From the NCBI RefSeq assembly GCF_006345805.1, contig NC_043000.1, positions 134,106,001 to 134,170,000 on the forward strand: 64,000 nt of DNA, in the 5' to 3' direction. Source of the DNA: Octopus sinensis. Lineage: Eukaryota. The first letter of the stretch is position 1. Each line of letters opens with the position of its first letter. The position numbers were made by a program, and so were the translations under genes. The notes below the pieces were generated by a model. The model was not told the DNA's origin and made no database searches. It worked only from the letters and a program-made list of their open reading frames with translations. Below, one piece after another: positions 11,711 through 25,100 of this stretch.

Positions 11711-14700
11711 TTATATTAGTAAGAGGTAACAGTAGTAATAAGCTGTCAACCAACACAAGTTCTTGGCATCTGAAAGTTTGTGCATTGCTGGAGGCAACAG
11801 AAAGAGAAAGACAGATGTAGTAGACTTAGAGTGGGTTTTGCACCCAATCTTACCCGTTCGACTAGGTTTGCGAGTTAAATTACTCATACTGTTGACAGAA
11901 GAACTCTCGTGAGAAAGGAGCACCGGAACGGACCTGGTTTGCCTTGGTGAGGTAGGTCGTCGTGGAGTTATAGGACTAGTAATAGGAGTGGGGGGATGGT
12001 GTTGTTTAGGGTTGTGTGGGCGGACTTTATTAGATAAAGCCAGGAGTTTTCGCACAGCCTCAGGAGACTCGGAACCTAGGAAGAAGAGAAATGAACATGC
12101 ATTCACAGAGCTAGCATTTTTCTTTTTTTTTTTTTTTTTGCACATCCTGCTGCTAAAGGTTCTATTATTCATACAACCTGTAGCTGAGATGATACATGGT
12201 AAGCACAACATAAAAGGTCAGGTCAGGTCAGCTCATTTCAGTTGGAGCATGCATAGGGACAACAGGGAGGGACAGAAGCAATTACTGACGAAAGGAAAAA
12301 GGAGTAATTAATTAAAAAATAAACAAGCAAAAACTTGTGAAGACAAAGTTTAGAATTCAGTTTGTCAAGTCATCAGGGTTACACAAGATCATAGCAATAA
12401 AACTGGCTCTGGTTATACAGTCTTTCTGAAAGTTTAAAGAATTAGCTGAATCAAGAAATAAATATTTAGAATGGTGATTACAATGATTTCATATATATAT
12501 ATATACATATATATAAATAATATACTTATATATGTGTATATAAATATATATTATATATTTGTGAGTGTGTGTATATATATTGTGTGTGTGTACACGTTAT
12601 ACATCATGCCTTTTATGAATGAGTTTATCACATTTATGTTTTTTCACTTAAAAAAATTTGAGTTTATTTTGCTATCCTAAATAATTTCCTATATTTTAAG
12701 AAAAGAACATCAGGATTCAAATGTTAGTCAATAAATATCATAACCAAAAATTTAAGTAAAAAATATACAGGAAGAGAATGAAATTTAGAAGCAGAATGAA
12801 CACGTTTAATGAGAGAGGAAGAAACATGTTGCACAATGACATTTTAGTTTGTGAGTTCAGATTGAAGAACAGATACTGTCTGATCATAATTCTCATAAAG
12901 CATGACTCTCAAAACATTGACAAGACAATATTTCATCCAGAAAATTTTTCTGTTTTTTTTCTTCTTTTTCTTTTTAAATTGAATTTCAAAGTTCAATCAA
13001 CTTGGATGGTTTAGTGATATAGACAGTGGAAAAAAGAACTATCTTGGTTAGTAAGTTAGGAATTCAAAGAGGATGCAAAGACAATATGATGCTTTGAAGA
13101 ACATCTAGACAACTAACTAACAGGGGATTGTTGAAAATTGCTGATTAAAGAGCAACATTAAATACTCACCTGGATGGGGGGAAAAAAACAAACAAATGAA
13201 AAACACACTTATTGTTAGATGGAGAAACTGCTCTATAAAGATGCAACCATGAATCTGCAGAATTCAAGGGGAGGTAAGAGAGCAAAGCTGACATTAACAC
13301 TTACTGCTATCACTTTTTGAATCCTTTATAAAAGGGTAGATTCCAGGAAGAAATTGCAAAGCACTTAGAGACCCAGGGGAACAGCGATGCATGAGATGAG
13401 CACCTGGATGGAGGAGTTTTAAAACAACAAAATAATCAGAAGGAAAAAAAAAAATGAAAGAAATGGACTACCTGCAGATGTAATATTTAGGAGAGCTGTG
13501 AAAACAGACCTACATCTACATTGAGGTGGTTCTAGAGGATATGAAAATGCTGGAAACAAAACAGAGACCAGTGAAATAGCCTACAGAACAAGATATAGCA
13601 GTGAATAATATGTAGTCTAAAGGTGAGACAAAATGAACCAACAGCCAAGGGTGTGTTACACCAATGATATAAAATAAAACTAGGAGAAAGATTGAAATTT
13701 GAGATGGGAAAAATTGTGAGAAAAGCTTATTCTATTAATAGAGAGGAAGGAAATTTTGTGAAGGATGAATAGCAAAATTCAACACGTGTGTATGGATAAA
13801 AAAATAATAACACTGACTTAAATGTTGGTAAAAGAGAACTCACTATGAAAAAGGGGTTTTTTTCAGTAGGTCAGGAACAGAAACGTAGCAGAATTTCCTA
13901 AACAAAACCTAAAGTTAATAATGAAGAAAAAAATATCTATAATGAAGTTTTGGGAGAGAAAATATATTGAACGAAATGGGAGGGAAAAGAGATCACAATA
14001 GAAAAGTAATCTGCTCATTAAGATTACTGACCCAAGAAATCTGAAAATTTATTTCCAAAAACAATTTAAATATTTCTAAGATCCAAGACACAAAAGTATA
14101 TTACATTTCAAAAAGAAGTGGCATGATAACATGCTTGCCTATATCAATTCTTAATTAAGTTCATTTGGTGACTGCTCTTGTTTCTACGAAAGTAATGGGT
14201 GATAAAATTATAGCATAATTCCTTTCTTCATTGAACTTTCTACAAGAAATATTATATTTAAATTGCTAAAGACATATGCAAATACAACTAAAGAAATATT
14301 AAATCTAAAGTTTATAATTATGTGTGTGCATATACACACACATTCACATACATAATTATAAACGCTAAATACACATATAAGAAAATTCTTATAGCTAATA
14401 TAAAGTTACCATACTGGTACAGTAATACAGTGTCTGAAAGACAATGCATTATTGTTGCTGTTCTTTCTTTCAATAACAATGATGACAAACAATATCTGAA
14501 TATATGAAAGCTAGCAAACAGAAATTTGATATCAAATTATAATAATGCATTTTTGAATATGAGCAAAGGCATGATTGACAACAATAAAATACATTAAAAA
14601 AAAATATATAAATGAAAATGTAAGCAAAAATCATTTTCAGAAAGCAAGCAAGAAAACAAAATTATGTAGAGAAATTTCTAAACTGCACAACATACCAAAC

Positions 14701-17700
14701 TTTGGACCAACAGGATATGAACGTTTTTCATCATTAGCATTTATTGTAACGCCACTGGAGTTAGCAACGTTGAGCGCAGGAGAAGTGTCTCTCCGACGTG
14801 TTGCTGAAATAGATAATAAAAATACTGCTTGTATTCACAGAAATAACTTGGTACGAATTTTATAATTTTCTAGAATTTGGAAGAAAAGGAATACTGTTCT
14901 TATACTTCAAGAGTTTATAGTTAAAACTATAACTAAATGAAAAATTATGCAGTAATATTTTTAAATTATTTCAAAAATTTGAATAATTAATTAAGAAGAA
15001 ATCCAGATGTATACATAAACTAAGTAATGAAGTCAAATTCATTATGTGCTAGTATTTAAGAAGTATTACTAATACGAAATACTTTTGCACAATATGATGG
15101 ATCAAATTATTTTGAATCTTCTTTTCTTATAAAGAAACCTTAAAACTTTTCAATTATATGTAATTATTCAATTTAGAAAATATTCCATAAACAGAAAAGG
15201 GTTTGATGACAGCAAATATTTTTTTTTAATTTATTTGCTACAATCAGACTGTATTGTGATTTTTGGAACATTTTCTAATGCTCAAAGTTAATCATTTTTA
15301 TTAAGTTTCTTGTGTAACCAGATACCTCAAAACTGGAACTTATAAGGATGACCTGTCCATCAATGAATTTACTAATTTTTCAATTTTACAATAGGAAATA
15401 TCTGTCCTAAATGTAAGTGATAACACTACGAAGATTTACACCTAGCTAGAAAGAGGTAATAAACAGAAGAAAAAAATGGAGGGAAAAATGGTGAGTAACT
15501 GCAGTAAAAGCTAATTTGAAAATAAACAAGTACATATGTATGCAGGTGTATAGAGACACAAGCATATATCATGTTATTTATTAAAATTAAATATTTCATT
15601 CATCCTTAGTGAAAGAAAGACATTTCTCTATAACCATGTAAGTGATAGCCTGCTTGTTAATGCTTGAATCAACATAATCTTTCCCAAAATGTTATTTACC
15701 ATCCACATATTTCATTTCATTTTAGTAGAGACTCTAAAAATTTAATAGAGACCCTAACAAAATTAGAAGCACTTCCATACCATTAGTTATAAATTTTTTT
15801 TTTTGATTTACCCTGAACCAACATTTTGTCTATTTAGCATAGTTAAATAGTTGACCATATCTAAATGTAAACATACACAATGAAAGGAAGGAGAGAGAAA
15901 GAGGAAGAAGTGGCTTTCATCATGAATATTTAATATGTCATCATGTCACATCATTCTGAAATAGATTGAAAGCCTAGTTCAGAGGATTAAATTAAGTTCA
16001 CAAAAATGCTTATCTTTCATAACATCTATATTTTGTTTACCCACCTTAGGATGGTTCAAATAGAATGGAAAGTGACAGAGCAAGTATTTTATGGCAGCAC
16101 ACCATTCTTAAACTATTACCATGAAATATAGGCAGAGAAATCCAACAATTTAAAACACTTAGAATTAAAATTATTAGAAATTATAATGAAAAATCTCAAG
16201 ATAATAGTTCTCATTTATTTTTAAGATGATAGTATTTGATCTGAGAAAGAAAACCACTCATGAATAAAGTGAATCGCAAATTGTTTATTCAATCTGTCTC
16301 TATCTCTCTCCCTCTTTCCTTTCCTTGTAGGTAAGTGGTGAATGAGAATTTCAGTAATGATGCACAAACTTATTTTATATTGCAATTTGTGAAAAGCAGC
16401 ATCATTGGATCCAAGTTTCTAAAAGGTCTATCACTGGCTCACTGTAATTCTGATGGTGCAAGTGCCTAGAGAGCTTTATTAACTTAGTGGAGCATATCTG
16501 AAGAACACTGGTCATCACCAATGTTTGCCAACATATAACAAAAGATATTAACAAAAACACACACACATACATACATATGACAGGCTTTCACACAGTTTCT
16601 GTCTAGCGAATTTCATTCTAAAGGTATTGGTCAATCAGAAGCTACAGTAATGGACATTAGTCCAAAGTGCCATGCAATGAGATCAGACTTGGGACCATGT
16701 GATTGCAAAGCTAAATTCTTCACTACACAACCATGCCTATGCCTACAAGGTAATGATTATATGTCTGACAGCTCAATCAAACCCTTCATATCAGTTTAAT
16801 TGATAAAGTAAAAATTATTGGAAACTACATTTCCTTTTGGAATAAGAATTTTTAATGTATAGCCAAATTTACAAAATAAATCCTCTCAGAAGCATATTTG
16901 ACTAATAGAAATTCAAACATCTTGGTTTGAAGTGCTACTGTGCATGCAAAGTTACATAAAGGCTTTGAAGCATGCAATGTGAGAGATGAGGCTTGGTGAA
17001 TCAGAGCTATTGCTTGCACCAATGATCCATGAGAAAGTACCACATTTCTATGGCTACAGCTTATGTGCGACACATCTACAGAATCATTAAAAACTATGTA
17101 CTCACCTGTGTCAGCAACTGCACAAGCTGGCAGTGCCTCTTCCATATAATAGGGGAAACACTAATATGGATCAGTCCGGGGTGACCCTTTGAGGAATAGG
17201 TCAAAATTAATCAAGAGCAGACATATTTATTTTTAATCTTTCCCTGAAGACCAGCAGACTGAAATATGCTGATTGCAGTAGATTAGACAAGTGCTAAAAT
17301 ACCCTGACACGACCCACAGTAATGAGTATGGTACAAAGGGTAAGCAGGAAAAAAGAGTTGGAAACAAGGAGTTTGACAAGAGTCACTTACGAGGAGGTTC
17401 ACACTGAAGGGACAACTCCTGCAATTTGTCTTCATCAGTTATCACTGGCATTTTATTCAAGTACGATTTAACACGTTTGATCATCTGAGCCTGGAAAATA
17501 AGAAAAAGAGAAAATAATAATTTCTTCACTGTCATCAAAAATACATTAAATGTAGGCACCTGTGCCGGTGGCATGTGTAAAAGATTCAAGCGAGGTCATT
17601 GCCAGTACTGCCTGACTGGCCCTCGTGCCGGTGGCACGTAAAAGCACCCACTACACTTTCAGAGTGGTTGGTGTTAGGAAGGGCATCCAGCTGTAGAAAC

Positions 17701-20700
17701 TCTGCCAGATCAAGATTGAAGCCTGATGTAGCCATCTGGTTCGCTAGACCTCAGTCAAATCGTCCAACCCATGCTAGCATGGAAAGTGGACGTTAAACGA
17801 CGATGATGATGATGATGTAGAATACCTATAGTCAAAGAACCGAAAATTTTGACTCATGGCAAGTTTCTAAAATGACTGCAGTTCTAATTAAAAGGGATTT
17901 AGAAAAATTTGCTACAAACAATGGTCAAGAAAGAAAAAAAAAAAAAAGAGATTTAATCCTTCTGACACCAATTTAACTGAAATCACCCCTAGTTCTATGG
18001 AACAAACTTTGTTTTAACCCTTTAGCATTTAAACCTGCCATATCCGGCCAAAAGTATTCTGCCTGTTTTATGTTCAAACTGGCCAGATCTGGTCTCTCAG
18101 ACCAACCCTACAATATCTTTTAAAAAGTTAACAGCTACCTCATTAAAATCTCATAGCTACAAGATAATGCATGATTAATTCAAAACGGAGTGGTTGGCGT
18201 TAGGAAGGGCATCCAGCTGTAGAAACATTGCCAGATAAGACTGGAGCCTGGTGCAGCCTTCTGGCTTCCCAGATCCCCGGTCGAACCGTCCAACCCATGC
18301 TAGCATGGAGAACGGACGTTAAACGATGATGATGATGATGATGATGATGAATGTAGATGAAGAAGTATTAATTTTGGCAGAATAATGCGAACACCAAAGG
18401 GTTAACGTGATCTAAATTACAACTGCTCATCAAAATTTCATGTTATGTTACAAACACTAACTGAAAAACAAATTCTTTGCTTTCAAAATTAAAGACGAGC
18501 TCAACAGAAAGAAAAAGACTTACCTCCTCATACATCTTTTTAGCATTCGGCACTGCTGATCCTCTTCGGTTTTTAGTTCTTTTAAGTGTTGCAACACCTG
18601 AGATAGTTGAACTGCCATAGACAGTGTGTGCATTCAGACACATATTGCTTACATCCTGGATAATAATAATAATACCAAATAATAAAACTAATAACATTAA
18701 AAATTCATTTAACTAGCAGAGACATATCAATATCATTAATATATTTGCAATATCATGTTTTGTCATATAGAATTTAACAGACCTGTAGCATATGGCTTTG
18801 CTGTATGGACTGTAACAGACTTTGTAGGCTGTAATAGACTTTGTAGGCTGTAACAGACTTTGTAGGTTGTAATAGATTTTGTAGGCTGTAACAGACTTTG
18901 TAGGTTGTAATAGATTTTGTAGGCTGTAACAGACTTTGTAGGCTGTAACAGACTTTGTAGGCTGTAACAGACTTTGTAGGCTGTAATAGACTTTGTAGGC
19001 TGTAACAGACTTTGTAGGCTGTAACAAACTTTGTAGGCTGTAACAGACCTTGTAGGCTGTAATAGACTTTGTAGGCTGTAACAGACTTTGTAAGCTATAA
19101 CAGACTTTGTAAGCTGTAACAGACTTTGTAGGCTGTAATAGACTTTGTAGGCTGTAATAGACTTTGTTGACTGTAACACCAGTATTCTGTTTAAAGAACA
19201 TCACATATCACATGGATAAACCTAAGATCAAACAATTGTATTCTACAAAAAGAGAAGATGGTAGGAGAGCACTGGGTATCAGAGAACATTTTGTGTCCAG
19301 ATATTAAAGTTAAGTTTTATTTACAACTGTGTGTGATGGTGGCAGTGTTTGAAATTGAGATTTTATCATGTCAGTCAAATAGTAGGGACCACATTATGTG
19401 CATGGCAGACAAAAAATGTATGCATCATCCACTATGAAATTGATACAACTGAAATGATATATAATAGCTTCAGTAAAGAGGTCAATAGGCTCCTTATGAA
19501 AATAGATATAAGAACATTCCAGCAAATACTTGTACCATGACCCTTAAATGCACTATGATTTCTAACAAAGCATGTATTAAGTTTGAATATAAACATATGT
19601 AACTGTCAAAATGTACAATAAAAATAGGAAGGCATTAATGTGTCCTTCATGTGAGTGGTTTGTGGCATGGGCACATGTTACAGGTGGGGAGTGTGGTGGA
19701 TATAGTCAATTAAATCAACCCTGGTACTTGATCTTGATTAGTGTAATTTTATTAATCCTTCAAGTACAAAAGGTACAGCTGAACCTTGTGAAAATTGTGC
19801 TCAGAATAAAGTAATACTATAAGGTATCAAGCTCAAAGCTCTACCAATTTTATTTAATAATAAAAAAAGAAAGAGAGAATGATAATCATCTGTTATGTGA
19901 TTTAATGTATTCCAAGATTAGAAATCAAAAATGACTAGCTGCTTTGAGAAAAATCTTTTGCAAAGATTTCAGACTTACATATCGTGCAGAACACATGTCA
20001 CATATATGGCGGATTTCTTTAGCAATCATACGCAATTTCTCAAAATTGATTAAGCCATCTACCATAGAATCATTGCCAAAGTGAATAAATGTCAGATCTT
20101 TCTTGATAACGGGGAAGAAAGGCAACTGAAAGAGAAGAATAAAGAATATAAGTAACTACAAACATATATATGTCCTTATTTCTAATACATAAAAGTACCC
20201 ATTACACTCTTAGAGTGGTTGGCGTTAGGAAGAGCATCCAGCTGTAGAAAACCATGCTGAATCAAACTGGAGTTTGGTGCAGCCTGCCAGCTTACCAGCT
20301 CTGGTCAAACCATCCAACCCATGCCAGCATGAACAATGGACGTTAAATGATGATGATGATGATGTGTTGTGTATACACAAACACATACACACAGTCTTAC
20401 AAATAGAAGAAAGAGAACTCAATATATAAACCATACTATACACAATCTTTATAAGCTATAAGGAGTTACTCAAAAGTCACAAATTTCATACAAAAGCACG
20501 TATCAAATTACAGAATTTTTTGGGCACAAAATTCTAGCCTCAACTAATTCCTATAGTTTCTTAGCTTGTAAAAGACCACACACACATATCATTTTTATAT
20601 AGCCTTTCCACGCTAGGTTGGGAATTTTTGAGGCAGTCTTTTATGGTCAAATGTGCTAACAAATGTTAATGCTTTTAGTTGCTGTTTGCAACATGCAAGA

Positions 20701-22161
20701 ACTGCATGATAAAATAAACATTAAGAAAATAGAAAGCATTAAAACAAAATCAATGTTGGGACTTCAATATTTAACAATTTACTCACCATTGGGGGTTGTG
20801 TATTTTCAGGACTAATCAAGGTTCTGTACTTGGCCATATTACGTGAAGGATTCATTAACTCTTGTAGATCCTGCAATGTTTAAACATCAGATTTATTTAA
20901 CTTTATTCACTTATCTATGTTGGCTGGGGCAGTATTTGCAGCCATCTAATTAGACAGGTGAAAGTTGAACATTCCTTTCAGCTTTCTAGAAGAAGTTTCA
21001 TTTAAATAATTTTTTAACATGTTTCTTAAAGGTATTAGTTATTAAATAATGTAAGCCACATATCAGGCGTGGGTTACACATCCTAGAAGAAGAGGTGTAA
21101 TGAGATGATGTAGCCCCTTCATATAACTGCCAATGTATCATAAGCAACTTTTCTATGTTAGTGGTAACAGACTGTGATATTTCACCTTGTTTTCAATAGA
21201 TTATTATTAATAGCAATTATTATGTCTAGCAGACTTATGCTTATCCAGCTCCTTAGTCTATGACACTCAGCCTCTCACCTATAATACAGTCACATTAGAT
21301 ACATAGTAATTTTAAAAGGATTTTTTTATTTTTCTACTTTTTAAAAACATCATGTCTTATACACAGGCAAACTTGGTAATTTAAAATAAACAATGTTTGT
21401 TGATTTAGATACTAAAAAGAAAAAAAAAACTGAAATCTAATATAACCAAATTGATTTTGCAAGAAAATTATCTTGGGTTAAATATTTCATCTTTCTTACC
21501 TGAAACATCTTCTGATATTTATTGGGTAGTTTATCCCATGTGTTCCTAAGTCTTGATACTGCACCATGTCCAAGACCCCCAATGATAGCATACATAGAAT
21601 TGAAGTTTTTACAATCTTTGCAATGTTCTGGAAAAGAGAAAATGTAATTAACAGAGATAAACTAGAAATATAGATTGAATTTCTAAAATAATTAGAAATG
21701 GTAATTACTTGCAAAAAAATAGGACATTTGATTTAGCAAATAATCAATGAGTCTATAACAGCTAGATGACACTAAGATTTTAAAATATTAGAAGCAATCA
21801 TCCACCAGTCTGTATTGTGAATGTAATTACAGATTTGAAAATAGTGTAATTCTGAAAATGTGTACATTGTCAGATCTGTTTACATGGGATTCAATGTACA
21901 TTTATGAAAGTGAAACTGTAGGTTTGAAAATAATTGTAAATGTATATCTGCCTATATGAATGTGTGTATGTGTGTGTGTGTGCATGTTTTACTATTTGAA
22001 TGATGAGTTGTAATACAAATAAATAGAAATTTTAATCTCTTGTTACTGGTTATGATTGTCGTCACCACTACCACCACAAATTGTGATGCTGACATTACAA
22101 TCTTCAGCTGAAATATGATTAAGCATTTGTAAATAAGATAGAGACAGACAAACAGAGGAGT

Positions 22162-22196
<35 letters not shown>

Positions 22197-25100
22197 ATGA
22201 AAAGAAAATGAAAGAGAATGAAGAGAGAGAAAAAATAATTCTAATTTTGGCACAAGGCCAGCAATTTTGAGAGGAGGGATGGGAACAAATCAATTACATC
22301 AACCCCAGTATTTGACTGGTATTTAATTGGCCCTGAAAAGATGAAAGGCCAAGTTGAACTTGGTGCTATTTGGATTCAGTGTGTAAAGAACCAGGAGAAA
22401 TGCTGCAAAGTATTTTGTCTGATGTGCTAACGATTCTACCAGCATCAATAACAAAAGAAAGACAAGGAGAGAGCAATACAAATTTTCTGCATTCATGATA
22501 TAAATTTAGAAAACTTACTCGCTATTTTGATGAAATGCTTTAATATTTTCATTCGTTTAACGGGATTGGTTTCACTGCAGACTTCCGATACTACCCAAAA
22601 CATTTCCCGGTTTGCAAGCTGGAGAAATGCAAAACAAAATATTAGCTAACGAATCAGAACAAATTTGCAGTTTGTAACAAAAGATATATTTTAGAAAGTA
22701 AACTACAGGTCTTGTATGCAAAGTTGAGTACCACAATTCCACATAAGCTAATGTTTCAATCACCACATACAGCTTTTCAGATTTTCAAAAATAGATTTTA
22801 AAAAATAGAAAACTTTGAAATGTATATTTAGTTAAAGACATCAGGTCAGAAAATTTGCTTCAACAAAAGCAAGCATGAAAAAATAGACATTCTTTTCCAC
22901 TCTAGGCACAAAGCCCGAAATTTTGGGGGAGGGGGCCAGCCGATTACATTGACCCCAGTATGCAACTGGTACTTAATTTATCGACCCTGAAAGGATGAAA
23001 GGCAAAGTCGACCTCAGCAGAATTTGAATTAAGAATGTAAAGATAGACGAAATACCACTAAGCATTTCACCCAGCGCACAATGTTTCTTATTTCTTTATT
23101 GCCCACAAGGGGCTAAACACAGAGGGGACAAACAAGGACAGACAAAGTCGGTTACATCAACCCAGTGCATAACTGGTACTTGATTTATCAACCCTGAAAG
23201 GATGAAAGGCAAAGTTGACCTCGGCGGAATTTGAACTCAGAACGTAACAGCAGGCGAAATACCACTAAGCATTTCGCCTGGTGCCTCACCGCTTTATGAA
23301 GAAGCAGACATTAAACAATGATGAAGTTAATGCGTCTTCAATACTTTAAAATGAAATATCGTGTAAGATACTTACTTCTTCAAATCTTCTAATGTTATGA
23401 CAGCCAAATTTAGAATTTATTTTAAAGATATCATCAATGTATTCTGTTGGTTCAATCTCACGGAACACTTCAAAGTCAGACAGGGTCAATTGAGAAGCAA
23501 GTTCCATGGTATTTAGCTGTAACAGGCTAATCTGAGATTCTTTGATTAATTCGCCCATCATTTCTTCAGGTACCAAAGTACCTGTACTTATGTTGTCTTT
23601 CAAGTAATATCTAGAAAACAAAAGAATGACAAAAATGGAAATAATTAGTAAAAGTACCATTGATTAGTTGACATGGTTAGCACCTTGCACACACAGTATT
23701 TTGTTTTGAAGAACTTACATGATTCAACTGTAATTTAGAAAGTAAAGAGATAATAAAAGACGGGTATTTACCACAAATATGAAACAAGCAGATCAAAAGA
23801 TGAAGACTACAGTAACATGATGGTACTTATTTTATTGATCCCGAAACGACCTCAGCGGAATTTGAACTTAGAACATAGCAATGGGTGAAATACCATTAAG
23901 CATTCCATCCAGCATGCTAACAATTCTACCACCACCACCTCCTCCTCATCAATAACAATAATAATTATTATTTCATTATAATAATAATAATAATAGTAAT
24001 GATAATAATAATATAGTAAGGTAAATTATTGTTCTATTCCCTTCAATTAAAGACACACTAAAATGTTAATTAAGAAAATATTACAGATGTTTACAATTAT
24101 TTACCTGCTGTTAAGTCCAAGTTTTTCATGGAGATTTTGTAATTGTTCTGGTAACCTTTTCTGTTTAGTTAACCCTTCAGGAGTTACTGTTACTTCACAC
24201 AAGCAATAATTTCTGTATAAAACAAAGGAGAGCATATTTATATTTGAATTCAAAATCTATGATGTGTCCATAATAAACTGTTCAACAATTCAAACAGTTT
24301 TTAATCGAAGAGGGGGAAATATGTACATAATAAATTCATTATAATTGGTTTTGATTATATTGTATACATATCCATTTATACTATAGAGATTAATGATATA
24401 TTTTATCTGTTGCTACTCAGTATTTGTGGGTACACAAGATCTTCAGACGAGTTATGATTGAGTACCTACAGTTGAAACCTAGAGTAGCAAGAGATTGACT
24501 TGACCAAAATAATAATAATTATATATATAATGCTAAAGGCTTCTTTGAGTTTCCGTCTACCAATCCATTCACAAGATTTTGGTTCGAGACTATAGTAGAA
24601 GACAATTGCCCAAGGTGCCATGCAGCAGGACTGAACCCAGAACCACATGGCTGGGAAGCAAGCTTCTTACCACAACCATGCCTGCACCTATGTATATGTA
24701 TATATATATATATTATATATATATATATATATGAATATGATAAAAAAATTTTAGGTCTATTTTTGTTCAGTCCTAATTTGAAAAGTTATAACATTTTTCC
24801 CCTACAATAGAATCAAAATAAAATCAAATAGAAACTGAACCATCCATTCCATTCAATTCTTATCTACCAATTATAGAAAATATTCCTTCTTTGTCACATT
24901 TTTACTTATCTCCTCCCTATTTTATCCACAAACATTTGGCAAATCCTTCTTTAGAACTACATACCCCTGGAGTTTACTCCCTATCCATAGGTCAGTCCAA
25001 ATATTAATATAATTCAATTTAATTACTACTTACATGAACCTTGCCCAGCTCTTTTACACCATAAACTTCAAAACACACAGACACACACACTAATGTTACT

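Noticed and set aside
15812-15860. Open 49-nt segment between TTTAG and GTAAAT after a CT-rich tract
   Set aside because: Length is not divisible by 3 and the pyrimidine tract is distant; there is too little support.
17106-17160. Possible exon with a strong CAG|GTGAG donor (overlaps ORF 16852-17145)
   Set aside because: Weak acceptor, 55 nt, stop in the phase-1 frame and no recognisable homology.
18713-19204. 163-aa and 138-aa repetitive ORFs, or a CRISPR-like array
   Set aside because: These are translations of a 19-bp tandem repeat, with no spacers and in a eukaryotic intron.
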